Assembly: GCA_964632605.1 (NCBI GenBank)
Contig: CAZWBZ010000001.1
Span: forward strand, 7,497-66,931
Direction of reading: 5' to 3'
DNA from: an uncultured Candidatus Saccharibacteria bacterium
Lineage (GTDB): Bacteria > Patescibacteriota > Minisyncoccia > Phycocordibacterales > UBA9973
DNA: 59,435 bases
Shown: one piece after another, positions 44,262 through 53,208 of the stretch
Position numbering within the stretch: the first letter of the stretch is position 1
How the letters are laid out: each line of letters begins with the position of its first letter
Notes under the pieces: generated by a model
Told to the model about the DNA's origin: nothing
What the model saw: the letters and a program-made list of their open reading frames with translations, nothing else
Databases searched by the model: none
Position numbers and translations under genes: made by a program

Positions 44262-44424
44262 AAACAAAAAATCGTCCCGAAGGACGATTACTTGTTAGGA
44301 TTATTTGATAAATAGTTACCCTAGTTTGTTACTAGGTGGGTGTACTATCCTATAAACCAAGGCTTATAAGAACATCATACTCCCGAATAAAAATTGTTCT
44401 AGAATAATATGTCAAATAATCCTA
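44262..44424 (-). ncRNA. candidate structured RNA (about 160 nt sRNA or riboswitch-like leader) bounded by a promoter and an intrinsic terminator
   Basis: The minus strand has TTGACC (complement of 44452-44457)-N16-TAAAAT (complement of 44430-44435). The predicted 5' end falls at a perfect 13 bp long-range helix, TAGGATTATTTGA (44412-44424) paired with TCAAATAATCCTA (44296-44308). This helix encloses hairpins AGAACA..TGTTCT and CCTAGT-aacaa-ACTAGG. The terminator AATCGTCC-ttcg-GGACGATT plus TTTTTTG follows at 44262-44289. There is no ORF. Confidence 0.4.
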
Positions 44425-44498
44425 CATCTATTTTATATTTTTAAAGCAAAAGGTCAATCTAGACGTAAAAAGAATTTTGTTTTTTACTTTTTTAAATA

Positions 44499-44966
44499 TT
44501 AAACAACGTGCTCAGAATATATCAAATCTGTATCAATTTTTTTGTAAGTGTAAAGTTCTTCTTCTTTAAAGAATCTTTTTATTTCTGCTACACCTGCTTC
44601 TACAGAATCAGATGCATGTACAAGATTTGATTGAGTACTCATAGAATAATCACCGCGTATTGTGCCTCCATCAGCAGTATAACCCTTTGTAGGACCAACT
44701 ATAATACGAATAGAATCAATAATACCAACACCTTCCAAAGCCATAACAATAACAGGAGAAGATTTCATAAAATCACGAATTCCTGGGAAAAATGGTTTGT
44801 CTTTAATGTGCATGTAGTGTTCTTCTAGTAGAACGTCAGATACTTGCATCATTTTGATACCAACTATTTTAAGACCTTTTTTCTCGAAACGAGAGATAAT
44901 ATCCCCTACTAGATTACGTTGAATACAGTCTGGTTTTAGGATAATAAGAGAGCGTTCTGTTTGCAT
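44499..44966 (-). CDS. ndk: nucleoside diphosphate kinase
   Basis: Starts MQTERSLIILKPDCIQRNLVGDIISRFEKKGLKIVG and contains the active-site region ...HASDS. Confidence 0.95.
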   Translation of the reverse strand: MQTERSLIILKPDCIQRNLVGDIISRFEKKGLKIVGIKMMQVSDVLLEEHYMHIKDKPFFPGIRDFMKSSPVIVMALEGVGIIDSIRIIVGPTKGYTADGGTIRGDYSMSTQSNLVHASDSVEAGVAEIKRFFKEEELYTYKKIDTDLIYSEHVV

Positions 44967-45106
44967 ATATGATTTTGCGAAATCATGTCGCGCAACCGTC
45001 CGATTAGACGCGACACTTTTAATTTATGAATATGTCCTTATCCTAACAGATAAAACTGAATAGAACAATGCTTTCCAAAATAGCTTTTTTTTGATACAGT
45101 AACCCA

Positions 45107-45733
45107 ATGCAAAGCAGAAAAATCCAAGATATATACAACAATTACAATATTCCCCCATGGTTACAAGACCATATGTACCGAGTAGCACTGGTGTCAGAAA
45201 GACTAATTAAAAAAAGTATCCACAAAGATTTAGACAGTGACAGTATCATAGAAGCCGCACTGCTGCATGACATGGGTAATATCCTAAAGATAAAATGGGA
45301 CGGAACAATAGATATTAGCACCGAAGAAAAATCTCATTGGGATAAAGTTAAAGAAGATTTTAGAAACAAATATGGCGAAGACTGCGACGAGGCAACCTTG
45401 CAAATACTGGGTGAGCTAAACGTAAATGACCGTGTAAAAGAAATAGTTTCAGCAATGTCTAGAAGTATTTTGCACGACACTGATTCGCTAGATTCCCGGA
45501 TATGTCACTATGCGGACTGCCACACTACCCCGTATTCTATCGTCACATACGAAGAAAGAATAAACGACATAGCAAAAAGATACAATAAAGACAGTATTTA
45601 TATCCAAAAAGCACTAGAGCATGGCAAAAAACTACAAAAAGAATTATTTGGAGACATGCCGGACTTCCTGCTTGAAGACAGGCTTGAGACACAAAAATAT
45701 TGGCTTTCTGAAATAGAAATAAGACAAAAATAA
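45107..45733 (+). CDS. HD-domain phosphohydrolase
   Basis: The pattern H...AALLHDMGNI...H...D is the HD superfamily metal-binding pattern. Confidence 0.7.
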   Translation: MQSRKIQDIYNNYNIPPWLQDHMYRVALVSERLIKKSIHKDLDSDSIIEAALLHDMGNILKIKWDGTIDISTEEKSHWDKVKEDFRNKYGEDCDEATLQILGELNVNDRVKEIVSAMSRSILHDTDSLDSRICHYADCHTTPYSIVTYEERINDIAKRYNKDSIYIQKALEHGKKLQKELFGDMPDFLLEDRLETQKYWLSEIEIRQK

Positions 45734-45751
45734 AACCCCTTATGGGGTTTT
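45732..45751. terminator. bidirectional terminator
   Basis: AAAACCCC-ttat-GGGGTTTT, overlapping both stop codons. Confidence 0.7.
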
Positions 45752-48506
45752 ATTTGCGATTATACTTTTCCATTATTTCAGATTCTACAGTATCCCGATC
45801 TCTACCATATCTCATATAAGAGAGTTCTTTTAGTAGTGGCACAATTTGAGTATTACTTGCTGGGTTGTCAGCGGTCTTTAAGTCAAACGGCTTCACAGGC
45901 TGGCCTTTATAAAGCATCGCCATATAAGCACAGCGGTTATCTAGCTTCATTATATCTTGCGATGTAAATACTGGTTCAAACTGCTTTTGCATAAATTCTG
46001 CATCTTCTGGAGATATACGGAAACATGCCTTGGATCCTACGTTTCCAAATACAGCACCCTTGATATCATCTTGTAACTGAGAAATATATTGATGAGCCAA
46101 GTTTAAAGATAGACGGTATTTACGAGCTTCAGAAAGGATAGAAGAAATTGCTGGTGTTGTTACATTTTGGAATTCGTCGATATAAAGATAAAAATCATTT
46201 ATCTTTTGCCCATAAGAGTCTGCTCGAGAAAGTGCAGCCATTTGGAATTTCATCACAAGAATCATACCAATCAGGTTTGCATTTAGCTCCCCTAGTCTTC
46301 CCTTGGAAAGGTTCACAAGTAAAATCTTTTTATTATCCATGATTTCACGAATATTAAATATAGATTTCTCTTGTACAATAATAGGACGCAAAAATTCATT
46401 AGAAATAAGTGGGTCGAACTTTGAAGAGATGTAAGGCACAAAGTTTGCTAAACTTTGATCCCCTGTTGTTTCTTCTGCAGATTTCCAAAATTGTTTTACT
46501 ATTGGGTTCTTACAGTGAGACATTTTCATATCACGGAATTCTTTATCAGCAAGAACACGGGTAATTTCAAGCAATGTATTACCAGATTCTGGATGATCCA
46601 TCACAAGCATTGCTGAATTTTTAAAATATTGTTCAAAGAGCGGGCCTCCAGAAGTCTTTAGATCAAAGAGTTGATTAAACATACCCATTAGAGCGTCAAT
46701 AACCATGGTCTTTTGTTCTGGGTATTTAGGATCATACTCCAGCATGTTCAGACCCATAGGACGAGCAGTATAGGCAGGATCAAAATATATAACATCGTCA
46801 ATTCTCTCTTTTGGTATATAAGACAGAATGTCTTGTATATCACTGCCGTGTGGGTCAATAAAACAACAGCCGTCTCCATTAGCAATATCTTGAGCTATCA
46901 TTGTACGCAATATTCCAGATTTACCAGTACCGGTTTGACCGATAGCGTAAAAATGGCGCATTCTATCTTCTTTCCGCATATAAATAGGAGTCGTTACCCC
47001 TCGGTAAGAATTGTAGCCAAGTAGTACTCCATCAGCTGGATCCATATCCCCTAATTCTATAGGTGCAGGAGAATCAGCCGCCTTCGCTTGTTTTAGTTGA
47101 GGTGAATTTTCAATAGAATATGGGAAATGAAAAATAGTCGCAAGTTCTGACAGATTAAGTGGCATTACTGTATTTTTATCAAAAAGTCTATAAGTATATT
47201 CATGTAAAAATGTACCTAATTGAGAATCAGAAACAGAGCTAAATTCTATACCGTTTTTATGAGCTTCGGTAAACTGATTAAACCCAGATTCTATTTCACT
47301 AAGTATTGCTTTGGATCGGGTTTTGTCAGTACCAGTAGTAATGATACGCAAATTAGCACCCATGATACCCTTTTTAACTTTTTCTTGTATATAACCGATT
47401 GCCTCGTCATCTATCTTTTTATCTTCTTCTTTATCTTTCTTTGATGTATCAGACTGGAACATACTAAGAGCAGCTTTACCAAAGTCTGCTGCAATTTTAC
47501 CAAAAGTACCACGCATAGCTTCTTTAAGCTTTACGCCTTTTTTAACTTCGTCTAATATGTAGTGATAGTGGTCAACATATTCTTCATCCTGCGGAGAAAT
47601 AGTTAATTGAATAGCTGCACCTTCACCACTGCGTTTAAGTTTTGTAAAAACATTAATAAGAATATTTAATGGATCTTGATCAAAAGTATCAAAAGTTTTT
47701 ATTGGAAAAACTTCAAAATTTTTAAATTTTCCATAAGATGCAGACACACCACTAGAATCTTCCGGGAAGATATTATAATCATCTGGAACTTCGTTTAATC
47801 TTGCCTTAGGGTGAACACCTAAAACATGTTTTTCTAAAAGTGATGCTTTCTCTGATGGAACAGCTGCATAGAAAACTATATGATCAGTGTTATTAGCTAA
47901 AACAATTTCTAAAGAAAAATGAGCTTTTTCTTTATTGTTTTTTGTGTCTGAAATCGAATGCATTCCAGAATAAAACTGCTCCATAGAAGTAATTAAAGCT
48001 TTAAAGTCAGAATTTTCACTACCCTGTTCCGGCTCGGGTAAGGTTATCTCAAAAAGCTTCATGTCTATAGCTTTCCATAATGGATTAGTGTCTTTAAGAC
48101 CCGGTAATGAATGGGTTTCGCAAAGATATTGTACTAAGAATCTATGAAAATCTGCATCAATATGAGGATTTTTTAACTCGGCAGCGACAGAAAGTGCTGC
48201 ATTTATACCCCGAGATAGCATTACAGATAATAGTTCTTCCATTGTATTATCGTGGGTCTCTGGAGCAAGACGAAGTATTAACTCTTTTTCTTCGGATTTG
48301 GATATCTGCATTTCTGGAGGACGAGGAATACCAGCAGAAGCTTCTTTATATTCTACGACAGCACTATGTGCTAATTTTTCACGATTAGCTTCTACCCCCG
48401 CTTCGGCCAACTGATTTTCTTTTTTAGATAGTTGTTCACGCAAAAAAGTAATCTCTTCTTCGTGAGAAGAAAATTTTGGTATTTCCATAGGAGTAAAAAC
48501 TTCCAT
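45750..48506 (-). CDS. 918 aa P-loop NTPase of the TraD/TraG/VirD4-HerA (DUF87-like) type with a large uncharacterised N-terminal half and no TM segments
   Basis: The C-terminal half has Walker A FYAIGQTGTGKSG, then CCFIDPHGS, Walker B FYLYIDEFQNV, and SEARKYRLSLNLAHQYISQL. I recognise no family for the N-terminal ~450 aa. Confidence 0.65.
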   Translation of the reverse strand: MEVFTPMEIPKFSSHEEEITFLREQLSKKENQLAEAGVEANREKLAHSAVVEYKEASAGIPRPPEMQISKSEEKELILRLAPETHDNTMEELLSVMLSRGINAALSVAAELKNPHIDADFHRFLVQYLCETHSLPGLKDTNPLWKAIDMKLFEITLPEPEQGSENSDFKALITSMEQFYSGMHSISDTKNNKEKAHFSLEIVLANNTDHIVFYAAVPSEKASLLEKHVLGVHPKARLNEVPDDYNIFPEDSSGVSASYGKFKNFEVFPIKTFDTFDQDPLNILINVFTKLKRSGEGAAIQLTISPQDEEYVDHYHYILDEVKKGVKLKEAMRGTFGKIAADFGKAALSMFQSDTSKKDKEEDKKIDDEAIGYIQEKVKKGIMGANLRIITTGTDKTRSKAILSEIESGFNQFTEAHKNGIEFSSVSDSQLGTFLHEYTYRLFDKNTVMPLNLSELATIFHFPYSIENSPQLKQAKAADSPAPIELGDMDPADGVLLGYNSYRGVTTPIYMRKEDRMRHFYAIGQTGTGKSGILRTMIAQDIANGDGCCFIDPHGSDIQDILSYIPKERIDDVIYFDPAYTARPMGLNMLEYDPKYPEQKTMVIDALMGMFNQLFDLKTSGGPLFEQYFKNSAMLVMDHPESGNTLLEITRVLADKEFRDMKMSHCKNPIVKQFWKSAEETTGDQSLANFVPYISSKFDPLISNEFLRPIIVQEKSIFNIREIMDNKKILLVNLSKGRLGELNANLIGMILVMKFQMAALSRADSYGQKINDFYLYIDEFQNVTTPAISSILSEARKYRLSLNLAHQYISQLQDDIKGAVFGNVGSKACFRISPEDAEFMQKQFEPVFTSQDIMKLDNRCAYMAMLYKGQPVKPFDLKTADNPASNTQIVPLLKELSYMRYGRDRDTVESEIMEKYNRK

Positions 48507-48533
48507 ACAGAAATATTATATCACATAAAAATT

Positions 48534-49304
48534 TTAAATTTCTGTAAGTATTTCGTATCCTGTTTCTGTAACAACAACTGTGTGTTCAAAATGGCAAGAA
48601 AGAGAATGGTCTTTTGTTTTTACTGTATAACCATCGCGTGAGAATGAAACAAAACGTGTACCAACATTTAGCATTGGCTCAATAGCTATAACCATACCAG
48701 CTTTTAGCAGTGTACCTGTTCCGGATTTACCATAGTTTGGTACGTACGGGTCTTCGTGGACTTTATAACCAACTCCGTGTCCAGCAAGTTCTCGAACAAT
48801 TCCATATTTAAAAGGTTTTACAAATCGCTCTATTGCAGCACCAATATCCCCTGTATATGCGCCAGCCTTTACAGTAGAGATACCGACATATAAAGATTCT
48901 CTTGTTGCATTGATTAGTTTAACTGCATCTTTAGAAATATTACCAACAGGTACACTAATAGCATGATCAGTGAAAAGTCCGCCGTAAACAAGACCCCCGT
49001 CTAGCGTAATTATGTCTCCTTCTTTTAAGATTTGGTTATCTGACGGTATACCATGAACCACAACATCGTTCACAGATGTACAAAGAGATGCTGGGAATGG
49101 CGTCTTTACACCTTCGGGGCGGTATCCAAGAAATGCTGGGTCTCCACCAAGTTTACGAACCTCTTTTTCAAAGATTTGATCTAGTTCTTTAGTAGAGATA
49201 CCTGGTTTTACATGTTTACTAGTAGTCAAAAGAGCCTGAGCTAGACGTTTGCCGCCTTCTCTTAAGGTCTCAATATCTTCTTTAGTCTTAATAGTTATCA
49301 CCAA
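48534..49304 (-). CDS. map: type I methionine aminopeptidase (non-ATG start, TTG or the adjacent GTG)
   Basis: Contains ITIKTKEDIETLREGGKRLA and the metal ligands D..D..H..E..E (DGGLVYGGLFTDHA, HGVG, IEP, FEH). Confidence 0.95.
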   Translation of the reverse strand: MVITIKTKEDIETLREGGKRLAQALLTTSKHVKPGISTKELDQIFEKEVRKLGGDPAFLGYRPEGVKTPFPASLCTSVNDVVVHGIPSDNQILKEGDIITLDGGLVYGGLFTDHAISVPVGNISKDAVKLINATRESLYVGISTVKAGAYTGDIGAAIERFVKPFKYGIVRELAGHGVGYKVHEDPYVPNYGKSGTGTLLKAGMVIAIEPMLNVGTRFVSFSRDGYTVKTKDHSLSCHFEHTVVVTETGYEILTEI

Positions 49305-49343
49305 AATACTTTACCACAAAAAAACTACTTTGTTAAGAAGTAG

Positions 49344-50030
49344 TTAGTTTGTTATTTTTGTCCCTATAAAATCCCTGCCATCTAAATAGTCTTTTAGATT
49401 TTGCAGGTTTTTACCGTTCATTATCAGTACAGACATACCGAGCTCTTCTGCTTTTATTGCAGCTACTGGGTCAAATGGTGCGTTTAGTCCTGGCTGCCAG
49501 CTATTGGGCAAGATCTTTCTAAAATCTGACCAATTCATAGAATGTATGGGCATAGCTGCAGGATCTACCTTGGGGTCTTTATCATAAGCAAAATCTATAT
49601 TAGATAAATTAAGTACAACATTAGACCCAGAAGCTTTAGCAACATGTACCGCAGCAAGATCACTACTATTCCCTGGCTTCCAGCCTCCACCGACAATGAT
49701 CTTTTTGTCAGTTAATGGAACAGAATCTGGATTCATTATGATTTGCTCATAGGCATCGCTGCCAAATGCACTGCGAATTAATTCAGCATTTAATCTAGTG
49801 GATGCAATACCGATAAAATCTAAATCTACATCAGTTGGGTTTGTAATAGATTTTGCAGATTCAATATACTGACGCGCAACATAGCCGCCGCCGGTAATGA
49901 CAACAAAAGAAAAACCATTACTAATATAACTTTTAATTAGATTAGTAAATTCTTTAATATAGGCACTGTCGATACTATCCGGTGCAATGATCGATCCCCC
50001 AAGTGAAATAACGATGTGCTTATTATCCAT
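49344..50030 (-). CDS. pyrH: UMP kinase, archaeal-type short form
   Basis: Contains HIVISLGGS, VVITGGGYVARQY, IGIASTRLNA, GGWKPGNSSD and NIDFAYDKDP. This is the amino-acid-kinase fold with the ~225 aa UMPK pattern. Confidence 0.8.
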   Translation of the reverse strand: MDNKHIVISLGGSIIAPDSIDSAYIKEFTNLIKSYISNGFSFVVITGGGYVARQYIESAKSITNPTDVDLDFIGIASTRLNAELIRSAFGSDAYEQIIMNPDSVPLTDKKIIVGGGWKPGNSSDLAAVHVAKASGSNVVLNLSNIDFAYDKDPKVDPAAMPIHSMNWSDFRKILPNSWQPGLNAPFDPVAAIKAEELGMSVLIMNGKNLQNLKDYLDGRDFIGTKITN

Positions 50031-50031
50031 A

Positions 50032-50631
50032 TTAAATTCCCAAAGCGCTAATTATTTCAGCATGAACATCTTCTATGGATTGTTCACCATTTATTTTATG
50101 AATAAAATAACCAGACTTACCCTCGAAATAATTCATTGCTGGGTAAACATTGTTTACGTATTCATCAAACCGCTTTGCTATACCTTCGTCAGTATCATCA
50201 CTGCGACTGCGAATTTTCATACGCTTCATTGCTTCATCGCGGCTAACTTCTATATAAATAAAATATACAGATTCTCTTTGGTAAAACTTCATCGCTTTTT
50301 CCAAAGTAATAGATTGTTCTAAAGATCTTGGGTAACCATCAATTATTAAAGTTGAATCTTTTTTTAAGGAAGAAGTTAGAATATTCAAGAAAACAGAGTC
50401 TGTGATAAAGTTAGGAACAAGACTACCATTACCAATAATATTTTTAATTATTTCTCCTGTATAAGGATTATTCTCAGACATTTTTCTAAATTCGTTACCT
50501 GGGTAGGCATAGACAATCTCATCTCCCATTCCTTTTTCTGCAAGGTATTTTTGGAGCATTTCTACCTGAGTTCCCTTACCAGAGCCGGCAATTCCGAAAA
50601 ATACAAAGTTTAGGGGTTTCTTTTCTGACAT
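50032..50631 (-). CDS. adk: adenylate kinase
   Basis: Has the P-loop FFGIAGSGKGTQ and IIDGYPRSLEQ. It occupies the usual secY-adk position. Confidence 0.9.
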   Translation of the reverse strand: MSEKKPLNFVFFGIAGSGKGTQVEMLQKYLAEKGMGDEIVYAYPGNEFRKMSENNPYTGEIIKNIIGNGSLVPNFITDSVFLNILTSSLKKDSTLIIDGYPRSLEQSITLEKAMKFYQRESVYFIYIEVSRDEAMKRMKIRSRSDDTDEGIAKRFDEYVNNVYPAMNYFEGKSGYFIHKINGEQSIEDVHAEIISALGI

Positions 50632-50671
50632 ATAAAATCATTTTAACTTATATCTGATAAAAGGCCAAATT

Positions 50672-50700
50672 AAAACCCTCCCGAAAAACGGGAGGGTTTT
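50672..50700 (-). terminator. strong stem-loop between secY and adk (internal terminator/attenuator or processing site)
   Basis: AAAACCCTCCCG-aaaaa-CGGGAGGGTTTT. Confidence 0.55.
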
Positions 50701-50709
50701 AACAGGTTT

Positions 50710-51987
50710 TTACATATATTCGCGAGAAGACATGTGTGCTTCTGTTTTCTTGATCATGTCTATTACAACAGATACAACAATTAGAAGCGCTGTACCACCA
50801 ATAGCAAATGATTGGTTTCCAGAAATAGCACGAGCAACAAGAGGAAGCACTGCAATAATACCCAAGAATAGTGAACCAACAAGAGTTATACGAGTCACAA
50901 TGTGACCAAGATAATCACGTGTTGGAAGACCAGGACGGATACCAGGGATAAATGCCCCACTTCTTTGCAGGTTTTCACTGATTTGCTTTGGATCAAAAGT
51001 AACTGCAGTGTAGAAATAAGTAAATATTACTACAAGAGCAAAATACACAACACTGTAAAGCCAAGTTGTTTGACTAAATGTTGTCAAAGCTGTACCGATT
51101 TTTGCCAAAACTGCGTTAGAATTTCCAGATATTAATCCCCCGATAATTTGAGGAAATAGTAATATCGATAGCGCGAAGATTATTGGAATAACTCCTGCTT
51201 GGTTAACGCGCAGTGGCAAGTATGTCTGAGTAGCGCCAAATACACGAGTACCAGCTCCACTTTGACGAGCATACGTTACGGGAACTGGACGTTCTGCTTC
51301 TGTAATAAATATTGTACCCGCAATTAACAAGACTGCTAATAGCGCATAAATTATATACATTACAAGATCAGCTGGATTCCAGTTAAGAACAACTTGAGCA
51401 GCATATTGAGGAATACTTGCAACGATACCAGCAAAGATAATGAAAGATGTTCCATTACCAAGACCAAATTCTGTTGCAACATCCGCAAGCCACAGTAATA
51501 GGAATGATCCCCCTACAGCAACCGCTGTGTTGATAACCATATCTATCATTGTGAATTGTGGCAAAATCCCTTGTTTTGCTAATAGCGCCATCAAAGACAC
51601 TGATTGCAAAATTGCCAAAGGTACAGTAATAAGACGAGTATATTGGTGTACTTTTTTGCGTCCAATTTCACCTTCTTCTTGATACATAGATTTTACTTTT
51701 GGTGAAACAAAAGACAAAAGCTGCATAATAATAGAAGCTGTAATATATGGACCAACTCCAAGCATTATAATAGATAATGATGATAGACCACCTCCGGAAA
51801 GCAAGTTAAAGATTCCAAGGAAAGAACCCGAATCCAAGAATTGAGACAGACGAAACGGATCCGCACCAGGAATCGGAATGTTAGAAAGAAGACGGAAAAG
51901 GAAAAGTACGAATATAATAAATAAAATTTTATTACGCAGGCTACTATCCTTTAAAATCTTCTCTAGTGTGCGGAAAAAAGTATTCAT
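50710..51987 (-). CDS. secY: preprotein translocase subunit SecY
   Basis: 425 aa with 10 TM segments and a typical SecY N-terminus and plug region. It lies downstream of rplO. Confidence 0.95.
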   Translation of the reverse strand: MNTFFRTLEKILKDSSLRNKILFIIFVLFLFRLLSNIPIPGADPFRLSQFLDSGSFLGIFNLLSGGGLSSLSIIMLGVGPYITASIIMQLLSFVSPKVKSMYQEEGEIGRKKVHQYTRLITVPLAILQSVSLMALLAKQGILPQFTMIDMVINTAVAVGGSFLLLWLADVATEFGLGNGTSFIIFAGIVASIPQYAAQVVLNWNPADLVMYIIYALLAVLLIAGTIFITEAERPVPVTYARQSGAGTRVFGATQTYLPLRVNQAGVIPIIFALSILLFPQIIGGLISGNSNAVLAKIGTALTTFSQTTWLYSVVYFALVVIFTYFYTAVTFDPKQISENLQRSGAFIPGIRPGLPTRDYLGHIVTRITLVGSLFLGIIAVLPLVARAISGNQSFAIGGTALLIVVSVVIDMIKKTEAHMSSREYM

Positions 51988-51994
51988 ATACTGT

Positions 51995-52426
51995 TTATTT
52001 TATACTACCCTTTGCAGCTTCGATAGCTGTTTTTGCAGATTCTGAAGCACTAAACCCAGAAAACTTTACAGCTTTTGTGATTGTGCCTGTTCCTAGGATT
52101 TTAACAGCAGGAACTTTACCGTTTTGGTTGTGAATAACACCGCGAGATACTAGCATTGCAGGAGTAATTTTTTCTCCAGCATTTGTAACCTTTTCAAGTT
52201 GAGTTAATGTTACAGTTACGATTTTGTTACCGATAACATTAAACTTGTACCCACGAAGCTTTGGCAATTTCTTGATGATATCACGAAGTTCTGGACGCTT
52301 TTTATTTCCCGCACGAGCAGATTGACCTTTGGTTCCGCGACCAGCTGTTTTACCACGCTTGCCACCGCGACCAACGATTTTTGCACTCTTTAGTTCGGTT
52401 TTTGGTTGTAAACTATTTTTTTGCAT
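51995..52426 (-). CDS. rplO: 50S ribosomal protein L15
   Basis: Contains GRGGKRGKTAGRGTKGQSARAG. Confidence 0.9.
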   Translation of the reverse strand: MQKNSLQPKTELKSAKIVGRGGKRGKTAGRGTKGQSARAGNKKRPELRDIIKKLPKLRGYKFNVIGNKIVTVTLTQLEKVTNAGEKITPAMLVSRGVIHNQNGKVPAVKILGTGTITKAVKFSGFSASESAKTAIEAAKGSIK

Positions 52427-52439
52427 AAATTTTATTTAA

Positions 52440-53204
52440 TTAAGCAGTAAATGCATCACTAGTTGCAGTAGTATAAACAGGAGCTGGTTTACCAACAAGA
52501 GCTAAAGCTTTCATAGCAGCACGTGCATTTGAAAGTTTATTTTTACTACCTGTGTTGATTTTACCAGTTACGTTATGTACACCAGCAAGAGTTAGAATTT
52601 CGCGGACAGATGATCCAGCTACCATTCCTTTTGCATTGTTTGGACGAATAACAAGTGATGAAGCGTTGAATTTTGCACGAACTTCATGAGGCAAAGACAA
52701 TTTGTCAGTCAAATTTAATTTGATTAGGTTTTTCTTTGCTTGCTTTAGAGCTTTTGCAATAGCAATAGCTGTGTCAGCACCTTTACCGGTTCCTAGTCCT
52801 ACTGTTCCCTTTTTATCACCGATAGCAAGAGTAACAGCGAAACTCATACGGCGACCTCCAGATGTAACACGAGTCACACGACGAATGTCTACCATCTTTT
52901 GATCATATTCACTACGAGGACGTTCTGTTCTTCCTCCGCGATCATTACGTTCACCTGGTTTTCCAGTATTAGGAGCACCTGACTTTTCACCGCGAACGAT
53001 ACGACGACGTTGACCGCCTGCTCCTGGTGCGCCTGCTGGACGTGAGCCAGTAAATGCAGGACGATTACCAGTAAAAGGACGTGAGCCAGCTGGACGAGGA
53101 GTAAACGCAGGACGAGATCCTGCTGGACGAGGAGCGCCAGTACCTGCTGGGCGAGCCGCAGCTGGAGATGGCGTTACGTTAGTTTTGTTTTGTTCTTCTG
53201 ACAT
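52440..53204 (-). CDS. rpsE: 30S ribosomal protein S5 with ~90 aa Pro/Arg/Gly-rich repetitive N-terminal extension
   Basis: The core is VDIRRVTRVTSGGRRMSFAVTLAIGDKKGTVGLGTGKG. The N-terminus carries repeats of RPAGSRP.FT. Confidence 0.9.
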   Translation of the reverse strand: MSEEQNKTNVTPSPAAARPAGTGAPRPAGSRPAFTPRPAGSRPFTGNRPAFTGSRPAGAPGAGGQRRRIVRGEKSGAPNTGKPGERNDRGGRTERPRSEYDQKMVDIRRVTRVTSGGRRMSFAVTLAIGDKKGTVGLGTGKGADTAIAIAKALKQAKKNLIKLNLTDKLSLPHEVRAKFNASSLVIRPNNAKGMVAGSSVREILTLAGVHNVTGKINTGSKNKLSNARAAMKALALVGKPAPVYTTATSDAFTA

Positions 53205-53208
53205 ACAA

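Noticed and set aside
44296-44345. Assignment of the 44262-44424 RNA to the preQ1-I or ykkC/guanidine riboswitch classes, based on TAACAAACTAGGG / CTAGGGT resemblance
   Set aside because: Only short fragments match. The required P1 hairpin for preQ1-I, and the GGUCCGAGAG and CCCGGGAGA blocks of ykkC, are not present. The RNA is left unclassified.
44967-45000. Two hairpins (TGTCGCG...CGCGACA and GATTT-cgca-AAATC) immediately upstream of the ndk start codon
   Set aside because: They could modulate translation, but they are short and have no recognisable motif. This is insufficient to call a regulatory element.
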